A stretch of 64,000 bases of DNA from Nitrospira sp. GTDB lineage: Bacteria > Nitrospirota > Nitrospiria > Nitrospirales > Nitrospiraceae. The DNA lies in contig AP038806.1 in assembly GCA_047150005.1 (NCBI GenBank), positions 2,144,001 to 2,208,000 of the forward strand, read 5' to 3'. This document shows positions 1 to 9,731 of this stretch, in pieces. The translations under genes were made by a program, and so were the position numbers. Numbering within the stretch: position 1 is the stretch's first letter; each line of letters starts with the position of its first letter. Below the pieces are notes generated by a model. That model saw only the letters and a list, made by a program, of their open reading frames with translations, ran no database searches and was not told the origin of the DNA.

Positions 1-1
1 G

Positions 2-760
2 CGGACACATCATCACATCGATGGGTTGGGAGAAGACGGCCCGAACGGCGAGGGACAGTCCACCACGTTCTCGTCCGACGGATTGGGGGATATGCGCGTC
101 GGTCTGAAATACAACGTGCTGCCGACCTTGAGAAGCATGATTACATTGGGCTTTGGCGTATTCCTCCCCACCGGTGTCACGAATGCGGTTGACAGCACCG
201 GCGCATTGATGGAACCGACCACCCAGCTCGGGCGCGGGCAAGTCGGCTTGAATCCCACGATCTATCAGACATACGAATTGATTCCCCATCGATTGAACGA
301 GTTCGCCTTCGTGAGCTATCGGCACACCTTCCGGAACAATGTGGGGTACCAGTTCGGAGATCAATGGGATATCAACGGCGGGTTCAATCTTGTGACCGTC
401 CCTTGGTTGGTGCTGACCGCGCAGGTCAACTACCGATACATGATTCACGACAACTTCAGCAGCTCGCTCTTACGTTCCGCCACTCCTGCGGACGCGCCGG
501 ATTTTCCGGGCGAACCGGTGGTCATTGACCCTGCCATTCAAAATCGGGCGGTCCCGAACACCGGCTCGACGTTCTTGGCATTTACTCCGGGCTTTCAAGT
601 GAGTTTCGATGGGATAAGCGATTCTGCCTGGACGAAAATGACATCCGCCTACTTCTATTCTCAGATCCCATTGGTGCGGGATTCCAACAACAGTCTTGCC
701 CAAGGGACCAGTTTTATCTTTGGGCTCACGCATTCATTCCAAGTGATGACCCCGTCCTAA
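2..760 (+). CDS. Outer-membrane beta-barrel transporter-like protein (MetA/SphA-like), 5' truncated by window edge
   Basis: Frame is open from position 2. GLGD..VGLKY motif, LPTG, alternating beta-strand pattern. Clear paralog of 8655-9731 (KYNxLPTLRSM, YQTYExxPHRLN). Confidence 0.7.
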   Translation, partial: RTHHHIDGLGEDGPNGEGQSTTFSSDGLGDMRVGLKYNVLPTLRSMITLGFGVFLPTGVTNAVDSTGALMEPTTQLGRGQVGLNPTIYQTYELIPHRLNEFAFVSYRHTFRNNVGYQFGDQWDINGGFNLVTVPWLVLTAQVNYRYMIHDNFSSSLLRSATPADAPDFPGEPVVIDPAIQNRAVPNTGSTFLAFTPGFQVSFDGISDSAWTKMTSAYFYSQIPLVRDSNNSLAQGTSFIFGLTHSFQVMTPS

Positions 761-781
761 CGTGACGGGAGGAGGTCGAAG

Positions 782-1324
782 ATGCGCGACGCGTTAGGTA
801 TCGCAGTCCTGATGGCCGTGCTGCTCGGACCGTGGGGGGGTGACGGCTGGAGCATGGGCTCGCGTGTGCCGGTGGTGGGCTCGCCGGCAGAGGATTTTCA
901 GCTGGTCGATTTGACCGGAAGCACGCATAGCCTCGGTCAATATCGAGGGAAAGTCGTCCTCCTGAATTTTTGGGCCACCTGGTGCAAGCCCTGCACGACG
1001 GAAATGCCGGCCATGCAGGCGTCCTACGACAAATTGCGTGACAAGGGTTTCGTCGTGCTGGCGGTCAATGAACTGGAGGACGATGCCAAGGTTCGTGAGC
1101 ACATCGCGTTATACCGCCATACCTTTCCCGTGCTGATGGATCGAGACAACAAAGTCGCGAACCAGTTCGGGGTGTACGGATTGCCGGTGAGCCTGTTCAT
1201 CGATGAAAAAGGCGTCATTCAGGACTACATCAAGGGCGGCTTGCTGACGGAACAAAAGATCCTGGATACAGTCGCTCGTCTCCAGCACAATGAGCCGGTC
1301 AAGGCTGCGGCACTCTCCAAGTGA
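782..1324 (+). CDS. TlpA/ResA-family thiol-disulfide oxidoreductase
   Basis: Signal peptide, GKVVLLNFWATWCKPC..EMP, FGVYGLP; GGAGG RBS. Confidence 0.92.
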   Translation: MRDALGIAVLMAVLLGPWGGDGWSMGSRVPVVGSPAEDFQLVDLTGSTHSLGQYRGKVVLLNFWATWCKPCTTEMPAMQASYDKLRDKGFVVLAVNELEDDAKVREHIALYRHTFPVLMDRDNKVANQFGVYGLPVSLFIDEKGVIQDYIKGGLLTEQKILDTVARLQHNEPVKAAALSK

Positions 1325-1382
1325 GTGGAAGAGAGTCCTGCGGAGGAGTCGTCTTCTCGCAGAGCGTAGAAATGGTGATTGG

Positions 1383-2423
1383 ATGATGCAGGGACAGATC
1401 GATCGGCGGTTACTATCCGCTTGGGGCGTCTCGCTTGCCCTTCACGCGGCGGCGATTGGGCTGACACTGGCGTTCCTGGCACAGATCGACCCGGCGCTCA
1501 AGCAAGAGACGTTCCATTGGGAGGTCGCGCTCGTCGACGCCCCGGCTCCGGCGCCGACTCCTGCTCCGGTCGTGACGGAGTCCGTCGTCACGCCGGTACA
1601 GCCCAAGGCCCGACCGACCGCGGCCCCGTCCGCTCCCGCCCCTGCACCGGAGACGCCGGTCCATCGCGTCGCGCCGCAGGAAAGCGTTCAAATGGTGCAT
1701 CCGGTGATCGAGACCCTCCGACCGGTCGAGCAGAAGGTTGAACCGGCGCCTCAGCAGAAACCGGAGCCGGTCGAGCGTCAGGTCGAGGTCGTGCAGCACA
1801 CAGTCGAGCCGATCGTGCAGAAGGTCGAGGAGACTCCGACCATCGAGCCGACGGTTCATGCCACGGCGGAGGCGAAACCTGTGGACCCGGCGCCTGCCGA
1901 GACGGTGGTGCCGCAGCATCGCCCGGTCGTTCCGGCAGAAGCCCCCGCGCCGGCGCCGCCTGCTCAGGCGGTTGAGGAGGTCGCTGTGGCCGCGCCCTCG
2001 CCCGCTCCGGCGGAGACCGCCGCGCCTGCATCTGAACACACCGATGCCCCACCGGCGCCGGGGCCGGCATCGGCCCCCGTCGACACGCCGCAAGTCATGG
2101 CGAAGGCCGCAACCGGAGTGCCGGAGGCCAAAGCGGATCACCGGTGGCTGGCCGAATCCCTCTGGCGGCGGGTCGCGGAATTGAAGCGCTATCCGCACTC
2201 CGCCCGCATGAACGGGTTGCAGGGCAAGGTCGTCTTGAAGGCGGTCATTCGATCGGACGGGCATCTGGCCGAGGTGACGGTGCAGAAGAGTTCTGGGCAT
2301 AGTGTGCTCGATGCCGCGGCCATGGAGGCGGTGAAGCTGGCCTGCCCACTCCATATGAAGCATGAGTTGGGAAAACCGCAGATCGTCGTGAGCTTGCCGA
2401 TCGTCTATAGCTTGGCGAATTGA
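1383..2423 (+). CDS. tonB: TonB-family energy transducer
   Basis: N-terminal TM helix with SxxLH, long Pro/Glu-rich linker, C-terminal YP...G.V.L...SSG..LD.AA domain. Confidence 0.88.
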   Translation: MMQGQIDRRLLSAWGVSLALHAAAIGLTLAFLAQIDPALKQETFHWEVALVDAPAPAPTPAPVVTESVVTPVQPKARPTAAPSAPAPAPETPVHRVAPQESVQMVHPVIETLRPVEQKVEPAPQQKPEPVERQVEVVQHTVEPIVQKVEETPTIEPTVHATAEAKPVDPAPAETVVPQHRPVVPAEAPAPAPPAQAVEEVAVAAPSPAPAETAAPASEHTDAPPAPGPASAPVDTPQVMAKAATGVPEAKADHRWLAESLWRRVAELKRYPHSARMNGLQGKVVLKAVIRSDGHLAEVTVQKSSGHSVLDAAAMEAVKLACPLHMKHELGKPQIVVSLPIVYSLAN

Positions 2424-2458
2424 TCCGGCGGGGTTCGTGATTCGGAGATCCGCAGACC

Positions 2459-3772
2459 ATGACATTTGAGCACAGCAACCGAAGATCCGACGGGATGCTA
2501 GCTCGGTTTTCCGTTTGGCCGGCGGTATTCTCGCTGACGGCTTCGATCGCCTGGGCCGGTGGGTCCGCTTCACCGGCCGCCTTCGGTTCCAAGCATGTGA
2601 CGGTTCATCAAGTGAAGAACGTCGTCGGTCCGACCGTGCAGATCGACGAGGCGGGTATCGTGTTCGCCGCCTGGGTCGAAGAAGACAAAGACATCCGGAC
2701 GATTTGGTTTGCGCGGAGCGAGGAACCGGGAGGTCCGCTCGCCTCCCCGGTGCGGATCAACGACCCGTCCGAGAATCCGTACTACCGGCAGGAGGCGCCC
2801 GCGCTGGTGATACGCGGGAACGCGGTGTTCGTGACCTGGGCGCTGACCCATCCCAAAATGACCCCGGACAAGCCGTTCTCCAGCGAACTCCGATTGAGCC
2901 GCTCCGACGACGGAGGTCGTACATTCGCTCCCTCGATCTTGGTCAACGACGATGGGCAGGTGATCAATCATACGTTCGACGCGATGCAGGTCGCCCCGGA
3001 CGGCGCGGTGCATGTCGCATGGATCGATGGGCGCGAGGGAAAGAAGGAACCGGGGACGTTCGTCGCCAAGTCGGCGGATCACGGTCGCACCTTTACCAAG
3101 AATCTCAAGGTGGATGACAACACCTGCGTCTGCTGCCGCACCGCGTTGGCGACCTCCGGCGACGGCGTCGTCTATCTCGCCTGGCGGAAAATCTTCGAGG
3201 ACCAGGTCCGTGAGATCGTCGTGTCTCGATCGACGGATGGCGGAAACACGTTCTCCGCCCCGGTCATTGTGGGACACGATCGATGGATGTATCCCGCCTG
3301 CCCGCATCGTCCGGCTTCCCTCGGTGTGGATCGGCGCGGACGCCTGTACGTCGTGTGGTACACGGAGGGCGCCGACGAGACGCCGTCGATCTACCTGGCT
3401 TACTCCGACGACCAGGGACGGACCTTTTCTCCCAAGCAGCAACTGAACCGATCAAAGGGAACGTTCCCGGATCATCCGCACATGGCGGTGGATTCCGAGG
3501 GGCGCGTCGTGGTGGTGTGGGAAGAGCAATCGCCGGTCCGCCGCGAGGTCGTCGTCAGCCGGTCCCTCGACCGCGGAGAGTCGTTCAGCGCGCCGGTGAA
3601 GGTCAACGAGAAGAACGGACAGACCCCGACAGTGGCGGTGAACGCCGTGGGCTCGGCCGTCATCGGATGGAAAGAACATGCGATGCCCGCCCACCGGCTG
3701 GTCGTCCAGACCATGCAGTTGGCTCCGGTGGAAACCACGATCGGAAAGGCGGAGTCCGCTCATGGCCCGTGA
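2459..3772 (+). CDS. Periplasmic BNR/Asp-box repeat (sialidase-fold) protein with CxCC and CPH motifs
   Basis: Five SxDxGxTF-type repeats, TCVCC and ACPH motifs, signal peptide. Confidence 0.85.
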   Translation: MTFEHSNRRSDGMLARFSVWPAVFSLTASIAWAGGSASPAAFGSKHVTVHQVKNVVGPTVQIDEAGIVFAAWVEEDKDIRTIWFARSEEPGGPLASPVRINDPSENPYYRQEAPALVIRGNAVFVTWALTHPKMTPDKPFSSELRLSRSDDGGRTFAPSILVNDDGQVINHTFDAMQVAPDGAVHVAWIDGREGKKEPGTFVAKSADHGRTFTKNLKVDDNTCVCCRTALATSGDGVVYLAWRKIFEDQVREIVVSRSTDGGNTFSAPVIVGHDRWMYPACPHRPASLGVDRRGRLYVVWYTEGADETPSIYLAYSDDQGRTFSPKQQLNRSKGTFPDHPHMAVDSEGRVVVVWEEQSPVRREVVVSRSLDRGESFSAPVKVNEKNGQTPTVAVNAVGSAVIGWKEHAMPAHRLVVQTMQLAPVETTIGKAESAHGP

Positions 3773-4328
3773 CGCTGTGCGTTGGCTCGGTCCGGCGCTG
3801 ATCGGCGGCGCGCTCATGCTCGTGGCCGCCGATCCCGTAGGCATGGCCGGTGCGGCGCCCGCCGATCCGTTTACGGCGCTTCGCGTCACTCCTTCGGCGA
3901 CCCCCGCGTCGGTCACGCCGTTCGATCTCACCACGCTGGACGGCCGGTCGCTCCGTTCGCAGGACTTGGCCGGGAAGGTGGTCCTGCTCAATTTCTGGGC
4001 AACCTGGTGCGGCCCCTGTAAGGAGGAGATGCCGTCGTTGGCGCGGCTCCAGACCCGCTTCGATCCCGCGCAGGTCCAAATCCTGACGGTCACGGCCGAT
4101 CGGCATCCGCAGGGTATTCGCCAGTTCTTCGGTCAGCTCGGCATCAGCCTGCCGGTGCTCTTCGATGAGGATCAGGAGGTCTCCCGGACCTTCATGGTCC
4201 GTGGATTGCCCACGACTGTGCTGATCGCGCCGGACGGCCGTGTGTCCGGACGAGCGGTGGGACCGAGGGCCTGGGACAGCGACGAATCGGTCGCGCTCGT
4301 GCGGCATCTGCTTGAAGAGCATCCATGA
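3762..4328 (+). CDS. TlpA-family thiol-disulfide oxidoreductase
   Basis: GKVVLLNFWATWCGPC.EEMP, VRGLPTT, GRAVGPR.W; start chosen at ATG 3762 with GGAG RBS. Confidence 0.9.
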   Translation: MARDAVRWLGPALIGGALMLVAADPVGMAGAAPADPFTALRVTPSATPASVTPFDLTTLDGRSLRSQDLAGKVVLLNFWATWCGPCKEEMPSLARLQTRFDPAQVQILTVTADRHPQGIRQFFGQLGISLPVLFDEDQEVSRTFMVRGLPTTVLIAPDGRVSGRAVGPRAWDSDESVALVRHLLEEHP

Positions 4329-4633
4329 CACGTCTGCTGACCCCCCTCGCCGGCGCCATCACGGTTCTCTACCTCGCGTTGACCATCGGAGCAGCCGGGT
4401 GTCTGTCCGAAACGGCGGCTTCTCCGGCGACCACCCATCATCATAGTCCGTCGCATGTGTCCCATTCCCCTTTATGTGCCTGGGCTTGCCAGGCGAATCC
4501 TGTCGTAGCCGGCCTCTTCATCGCGCCGGCAAAGCTGTTGTTCACGTTCCTCCTGTTGTTGCCGCTGCTGACCCTGACCTTCCATGCCCGCTTTTCTTCC
4601 CCCGGTTCCCTGTCCCGCGCGCCTCCTCGCTAA
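4325..4633 (+). CDS. DUF2946/CruR/CutF-like leader peptide L1 (His-rich, CAWAC, C-terminal RAPP)
   Basis: Signal/TM segment, HHHSPSHVSH, CAWAC, ends SRAPPR; lies directly upstream of a TonB-dependent receptor. Confidence 0.8.
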   Translation: MTRLLTPLAGAITVLYLALTIGAAGCLSETAASPATTHHHSPSHVSHSPLCAWACQANPVVAGLFIAPAKLLFTFLLLLPLLTLTFHARFSSPGSLSRAPPR

Positions 4634-4746
4634 CCGACCGTCACCATATTTCGCTAGGGCCCGTCATCGACGCTTTGCGGGGCAAGTTTGGCCCAGGCGC
4701 GTCCGGCTTTCTGTCCGCATACGTTCATTGCAAGGAGTGTCCAGTC

Positions 4747-7101
4747 ATGTCCATACGAATCGGGGTCGTGGTGCGAGGGCTCGCGGCGGCCGTAGCCGTA
4801 GCGATCACCGTCGGTGCCGTTTGCGGGAGCGGCTTGTGGGCGCAGGAGACGCCCTCAGCCGAGCCGCCGTCTCAGCGGGAGCAGGAATTGCGCGAACAAC
4901 TCAAGGGGATTCTCCAAGAACTCGAAGAGATCCAGCACAAAAAGGAGACCGCCGCGCCGGAGGGAGAACGTCCGACCATCGTGAAAGAAAAAGAGCAGGC
5001 TTTCACCGAAGAGCCGGAATCGCCACATGAGGCGATTCCGGAATTCGAACTTGCCGACATGAGCATCGTCAGCAACCGGCTGCAGAAACGTCCTGAAGGC
5101 GTGTCGATATCTTCGACGGTTTCCGCTGAGACGGATTCGCAGCCGACCCGGACGATGCAAGAGTCCATACAGTCGCTGCCCGGCATTATGCTGCGGCAGG
5201 CGAACGGACCGAGGGACTTCAGCATCACGATCCGCGGTATGGGAGCCAAAACCGCGTTTGCGATCCGGGATATCAAGGTGTACGAGGACGGCATCAGCCA
5301 AACCCAGTCCGACGGCTTGTCCCGGCTCGATATTCAGGATCCCTGGTTTATGCGATCGGTGGAAGTGACGCGCGGCGCCTCGTCTTCGCTGTACGACAAC
5401 TTTGCGCTCGGCGGCATGGTGCATTTCAGGACCAGGCGCGGCAGCGATATCAACGGGGTCGAGGCCTTCGTCTCCGGCGGTTCGTTCGGCTACTTCAAAC
5501 AGGCGCTCGCCGTGGGCCAACATACGGACCGGCTCGATCTGTCCATGTTCGCCAGCAACGCGGCCGAGGACGGATTCATCCAGCACAGCAACTACAACAC
5601 CCAAACGCTCAACTTCAATTTCCGCTTCAACGTGGACGACCGGCAAAGTTTCTACTTCAAGGCGATCACGAATTGGCTCGACACCAGAGTGCCCACCAGG
5701 TTGACCCAGGCCCAGTTCAACCAGGATGATCGTCAGGCCGGAGGTTCGCAGACCATCTGCGCGTCAGGAACGTACAACCCCGGCTGCGCCAATGCCATTG
5801 CGCTCAATCAAGGACGCGTCGATCGCCGAACGATCGTGGGGGGCTTGTATGAACGGCAACTGAACGCCAGCACGGTCCTGACGATCGAAGCGGACTACGA
5901 CGTGAAGGACATCAACCAGTACTTTTCGCAGATCTTCGACAACGTGAATCCAAACTACAAGACCTACGCAGATCTCCGGCATGACGGCAGTCTCGGCCAG
6001 ATGCCGCTCAAGAGCTACGTCGGCTTCTTCTTGAACAGCATGGAGCAGGAAGGGAACACGTTCCAAAACCTTGCAACCGGATACGGAACCAGAGGGACGC
6101 TGCTTCAGAACAACCGAGGACGCATCAACAATGTCGGCGGCCGGATACGGGAAGAGTTGGAATTCGTGCCCAAGTGGACGGCGGCACTGGGACTCGGATT
6201 CGAGCAGTCGCTGGTGAGCGTCGACACGATCAATTACGACAACGCCGGCGCCGTGGCGAACCGGCCGAGCGTCACCAGAAACTTCACGAATTGGGCACCG
6301 GAAGCCTCAGTCACCTGGAAGCCGGCCGAGGCCTATCGCCACTGGGTCCGAAGCTCGACGGGTTACGGGATTCCGACGTTCGGCCAGCTCACCAGAGACC
6401 CGATTACCGGACTGCCGGGATCGAACTTCGATTTGAAGCCGCAGAAAAACTGGAACAATGAAATCGGCACGGAATCGAAGCTTACGAAGGATCTGACCGT
6501 CCAGTTGGTGGGATTCTGGACGTTCTTCAAGGACGAGATCATCACGCAGACCATTACTGGAGGCAACACGGCGTCGGTCAATGCCGACTCCTCGCAATAT
6601 CGAGGCATCGAAGCGTCGTATGACTGGCGACCGTTGACGGGCCTGCGCCTGTCCGGCGCCTATACCCACATCGATGCGTCCTACACCAATTTCACCGATC
6701 GGACCGCCGCTGGATTTCTGAGCCGTGACGGCAAGAAGGTTCCCAACGTGCCTACGGACATCTTGAATCTCAAGATGGAGTACGACCATCATCCCAGCGG
6801 GTGGGGAGGGTGGCTCGAAGGCAACTATGCCAACAGCTACTTCTTGAACAACAACAATACCGTGGGGATTCCATCCTATTTCATCGGGACGGCGAACATT
6901 CACAAAAACATCGACGTGAAGAGCTCCTGGTTCCGCTTCGCCAAGTTGTATGTCCAGGTGGACAACATCGCCGACATGAAGTATGCCGCCTCGGGCCAGG
7001 TCGTCACGGGCGAGACAGCGGCGCAGGCGGCCGCGCAACAGTTGTTCTTCGCCGGTTACGGACGAGCGATCTACGGCGGCGTCACGCTGGGCTTGTTCTG
7101 A
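4747..7101 (+). CDS. TonB-dependent receptor
   Basis: Plug motifs (IRGMG, YEDG, VEVTRGASSSLY..ALGG), barrel strands, C-terminal F; ATG 4747 with AAGGAG RBS. Confidence 0.93.
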   Translation: MSIRIGVVVRGLAAAVAVAITVGAVCGSGLWAQETPSAEPPSQREQELREQLKGILQELEEIQHKKETAAPEGERPTIVKEKEQAFTEEPESPHEAIPEFELADMSIVSNRLQKRPEGVSISSTVSAETDSQPTRTMQESIQSLPGIMLRQANGPRDFSITIRGMGAKTAFAIRDIKVYEDGISQTQSDGLSRLDIQDPWFMRSVEVTRGASSSLYDNFALGGMVHFRTRRGSDINGVEAFVSGGSFGYFKQALAVGQHTDRLDLSMFASNAAEDGFIQHSNYNTQTLNFNFRFNVDDRQSFYFKAITNWLDTRVPTRLTQAQFNQDDRQAGGSQTICASGTYNPGCANAIALNQGRVDRRTIVGGLYERQLNASTVLTIEADYDVKDINQYFSQIFDNVNPNYKTYADLRHDGSLGQMPLKSYVGFFLNSMEQEGNTFQNLATGYGTRGTLLQNNRGRINNVGGRIREELEFVPKWTAALGLGFEQSLVSVDTINYDNAGAVANRPSVTRNFTNWAPEASVTWKPAEAYRHWVRSSTGYGIPTFGQLTRDPITGLPGSNFDLKPQKNWNNEIGTESKLTKDLTVQLVGFWTFFKDEIITQTITGGNTASVNADSSQYRGIEASYDWRPLTGLRLSGAYTHIDASYTNFTDRTAAGFLSRDGKKVPNVPTDILNLKMEYDHHPSGWGGWLEGNYANSYFLNNNNTVGIPSYFIGTANIHKNIDVKSSWFRFAKLYVQVDNIADMKYAASGQVVTGETAAQAAAQQLFFAGYGRAIYGGVTLGLF

Positions 7102-7163
7102 GCGGATGTGTCGAGCGGGAGGCCGCAACCGGCACTCCTACTCGACAGATCAAGGAGGTCTGT

Positions 7164-7460
7164 ATGGAGAAGAGACTATTCCGTGTCGGAGAAGCCGCGG
7201 ACTTTCTCTCCGTCAGCCGATGGACCATCTATCGCTGGTTGGAACAGGGAAAGTTGAAAGGCACCAAGATCGGCAAAGGAAGCACCAGAGTGTTTCGCGA
7301 ATCGCTGGATGGATTGATTCAGCAGAGTCGGACGGACGATCGGAGCTGCGGCGCCGACCCAGCAGTGAAGCCACCCTCCACCGTGCCGGCATTCACCATA
7401 CAGTCCTCGTTGCTGCGATGCGATCACACGCGCAGGCCTTATACTCCAGGGCGTCCGTAG
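7164..7460 (+). CDS. Excisionase-like HTH (HTH_17) DNA-binding protein
   Basis: LFRVGEAADFLSVSRWTIYRWLEQGKL; AAGGAGG RBS before ATG 7164. Confidence 0.85.
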   Translation: MEKRLFRVGEAADFLSVSRWTIYRWLEQGKLKGTKIGKGSTRVFRESLDGLIQQSRTDDRSCGADPAVKPPSTVPAFTIQSSLLRCDHTRRPYTPGRP

Positions 7461-7686
7461 CCCGCCGTCCTTTCTTCCCTTTCCCTGCCGCCCGCCCTAC
7501 CGTCTCCTGCCGAGCCGAAGGTTCGCGCCCGAGCAAGCGCGCGACCAGCTCGCGCGCGGAAAACTGTAGCAACGATAGGTATCCATCGGCGTCCATCGGT
7601 AGACGTCCCTTTTGGAGTCCCGCTACCCTTGCGATCCGGAACGGGATTTCTAACCGGTTGTCCGAAAAGCAGCGCAAGGATCATCG

Positions 7687-8250
7687 ATGTGCCGACGACC
7701 AGACCGAGTGGTCAGTCTTGGAATACTCCTGGGACTCATCCTTTCAACCCTCGTGCTTGAGTTGCCGGTTGCCTGGCCCATGGGATCACGGGTGCCGATG
7801 GCGGGCATGGTCGCCGAGGATTTCCAACTCGCCGATCTTCATGGCGACATGCATAGCTTGGCCAGGTATCGAGGCAAGGTCGTGCTCGTAAATTTTTGGG
7901 CGACCTGGTGCAAGCCCTGTACGACTGAAATGCCCGCCATGCAGAGCTGCTACGACAGATTGCGGGACAAGGGCTTCGTCGTGCTCGCCGTCAACGAGTT
8001 GGAGGAGGACGAGAAAGTCCGTGAGCACGTCAAACAGTAGGGCCATACGTTTCCGGTGCTGATGGACCGCGACAACAAGGTGGCCAACCAGTTCGGCGTC
8101 TACGGTTTGCCGGTCAGTGTGTTTATCGACGAGAAGGGGGTTGTCCAGGAATACATCAAGGGCGGCCTCCTGACCGAACAGAAGATCTACGACATCGTGG
8201 CCCGCATCCACAGGCAAGAGCCGGCAAGATCCCCGGCCTCCAGCTCCTAA
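7687..8250 (+). pseudogene. TlpA-family oxidoreductase interrupted by in-frame TAG (8038-8040)
   Basis: ORFs 7687-8040 and 8056-8250 are in the same frame and together align along the whole thioredoxin domain with 782-1324; the TAG sits at the Tyr position of the paralog. Confidence 0.8.
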
Positions 8251-8252
8251 CG

Positions 8253-8564
8253 ATGGGCAGACCATTCTTCAAGAGATCATGGCTGGTGTGGTCGCTGCTG
8301 GTGTGTCTCGTTCTCGCGAGCGGGTTCATGATCGCGTCCAGCGCCGGTCATCTCGACCACCATACCGGTCATCACTCGGGAACCCATGCAACCGGGCCCT
8401 GCGCCTGGCTCTGCGCCGCCGGGCAGGCGGTTGAGTCCGGCCTTGTGCATCTGGATGCGCAAGACCGATCGACGCTTCCGGTGGACTGGCTCACGCGTGA
8501 TGCCCCTACTGCCTCTATCCCCCTTCGTATCTGGTTTCGCGGACCTCCTCACTTCTCCATCTAG
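8253..8564 (+). CDS. DUF2946-like leader peptide L2 (His-rich, CAWLC, RGPP)
   Basis: TM segment, HLDHHTGHHSGTH, CAWLC, WFRGPPHFSI C-terminus; upstream of an OM barrel gene. Confidence 0.78.
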   Translation: MGRPFFKRSWLVWSLLVCLVLASGFMIASSAGHLDHHTGHHSGTHATGPCAWLCAAGQAVESGLVHLDAQDRSTLPVDWLTRDAPTASIPLRIWFRGPPHFSI

Positions 8565-8654
8565 CTCGTCGAATCGATAGCCTTGCACGGCACCTCTCCA
8601 CCAGGAGGGGCTGGTGCAATTGTCTCGGTTCCCTTTTACGAGAGATTCGTCATC

Positions 8655-9731
8655 ATGACGCGTGTTCTGAGAAGTCGTCTGCTTTCACAATTCTTGGTTG
8701 TCGTGCTCGCGGCGGGTTTCATCCTGCCGTACTCGGCGGGTGCGTCCTGCGGTTCCGTGAGTTGCTTCGTCGTGATCGGTTCTCAGCAGCAGGTTTCGCC
8801 GGCCGGGGTACTGACGGTGAATTTGACCTACAACTACACACCGAACGGTCTTCCGCCCGATGGAGCCAACACGATTCCCTACGCCAATCAGCAGAAGAAA
8901 CAATTGATCTTAGGCAACACCCCTGTCAGCAATCTCGAAACGCTCGTGCAGACGGCGGCGCTGGATCTCAATTATGGCCTGACGGAGCGATTTGGGCTCC
9001 AGGTCATGCTGCCCTATAAGTCTGTGCAGTCGATCGGCCAGTTCGGACCAGGGACTGTATCCAGCTTCAATGATCAGGGTCTCGGAGATATCCTCGGTAA
9101 GGTCAAGTACAACCTGCTCCCGACCCTTCGGAGCATGGTGGTCCTGGAAATGGGCGTCTACTTTCCGACCGGAACCTACCAGCAGGCCGGTCCGAACGGT
9201 CAGTATGCGGAATCCACCCTGCAACTTGGCCGAGGCGCGTTCGGTTTTCAGCCGAGCTTCTACCAAACGTACGAAATTCTTCCCCATCGGTTGAATCAAT
9301 TTTTACAGGGAAGCTGGCGCTACACGCTGCGCAATCCAGACGGCTATCAATTCGGGCAGGAGTATGCCCTCAATCTGGGCTTCAATATCGTGACTGTGCC
9401 CTGGTTGACCCTCACGGAACAGATCAACTTCCGTTACAAGACCAAGGACAATATCGAGGCGGCGCTGTATCAGCTCGTCGGGCCTCCGGTCAATCGCGCG
9501 GTGTTGATCGACGGGACGATCACCGGTCGCCCTGTCCCGACGACGAATTTTACCTACGCGGCGTTTTCGACCGGAATCTTGCTCAACCTCTGGGATTTCG
9601 CACAGGGCTATTTCATGGCCCAGATTCCCTTTTATCGGGACTTCAACGGGAACCTCCAGTTGGAGATCAGCTACATCGGAGGTTTGACGAAATACTTCGT
9701 CACTCCGCCGCTGTTTTCTGGAGGGACATGA
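8655..9731 (+). CDS. Outer-membrane beta-barrel transporter-like protein with N-terminal CxxxxC
   Basis: Signal peptide followed by SCGSVSC; YGLTERFGLQVMLPY, GLGD, FPTG; paralog of 2-760. Confidence 0.75.
   Translation: MTRVLRSRLLSQFLVVVLAAGFILPYSAGASCGSVSCFVVIGSQQQVSPAGVLTVNLTYNYTPNGLPPDGANTIPYANQQKKQLILGNTPVSNLETLVQTAALDLNYGLTERFGLQVMLPYKSVQSIGQFGPGTVSSFNDQGLGDILGKVKYNLLPTLRSMVVLEMGVYFPTGTYQQAGPNGQYAESTLQLGRGAFGFQPSFYQTYEILPHRLNQFLQGSWRYTLRNPDGYQFGQEYALNLGFNIVTVPWLTLTEQINFRYKTKDNIEAALYQLVGPPVNRAVLIDGTITGRPVPTTNFTYAAFSTGILLNLWDFAQGYFMAQIPFYRDFNGNLQLEISYIGGLTKYFVTPPLFSGGT

Noticed and set aside
7393..7677. Minus-strand ORF between the HTH and TlpA genes
   Set aside because: Overlaps the HTH tail and has no recognisable motif; cannot be supported, though not excluded.
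8038..8040. Pyrrolysine or selenocysteine recoding of the TlpA stop
   Set aside because: The codon is TAG at a non-catalytic Tyr position, no pyl genes are in the window, and all other genes use TAG as a normal stop.
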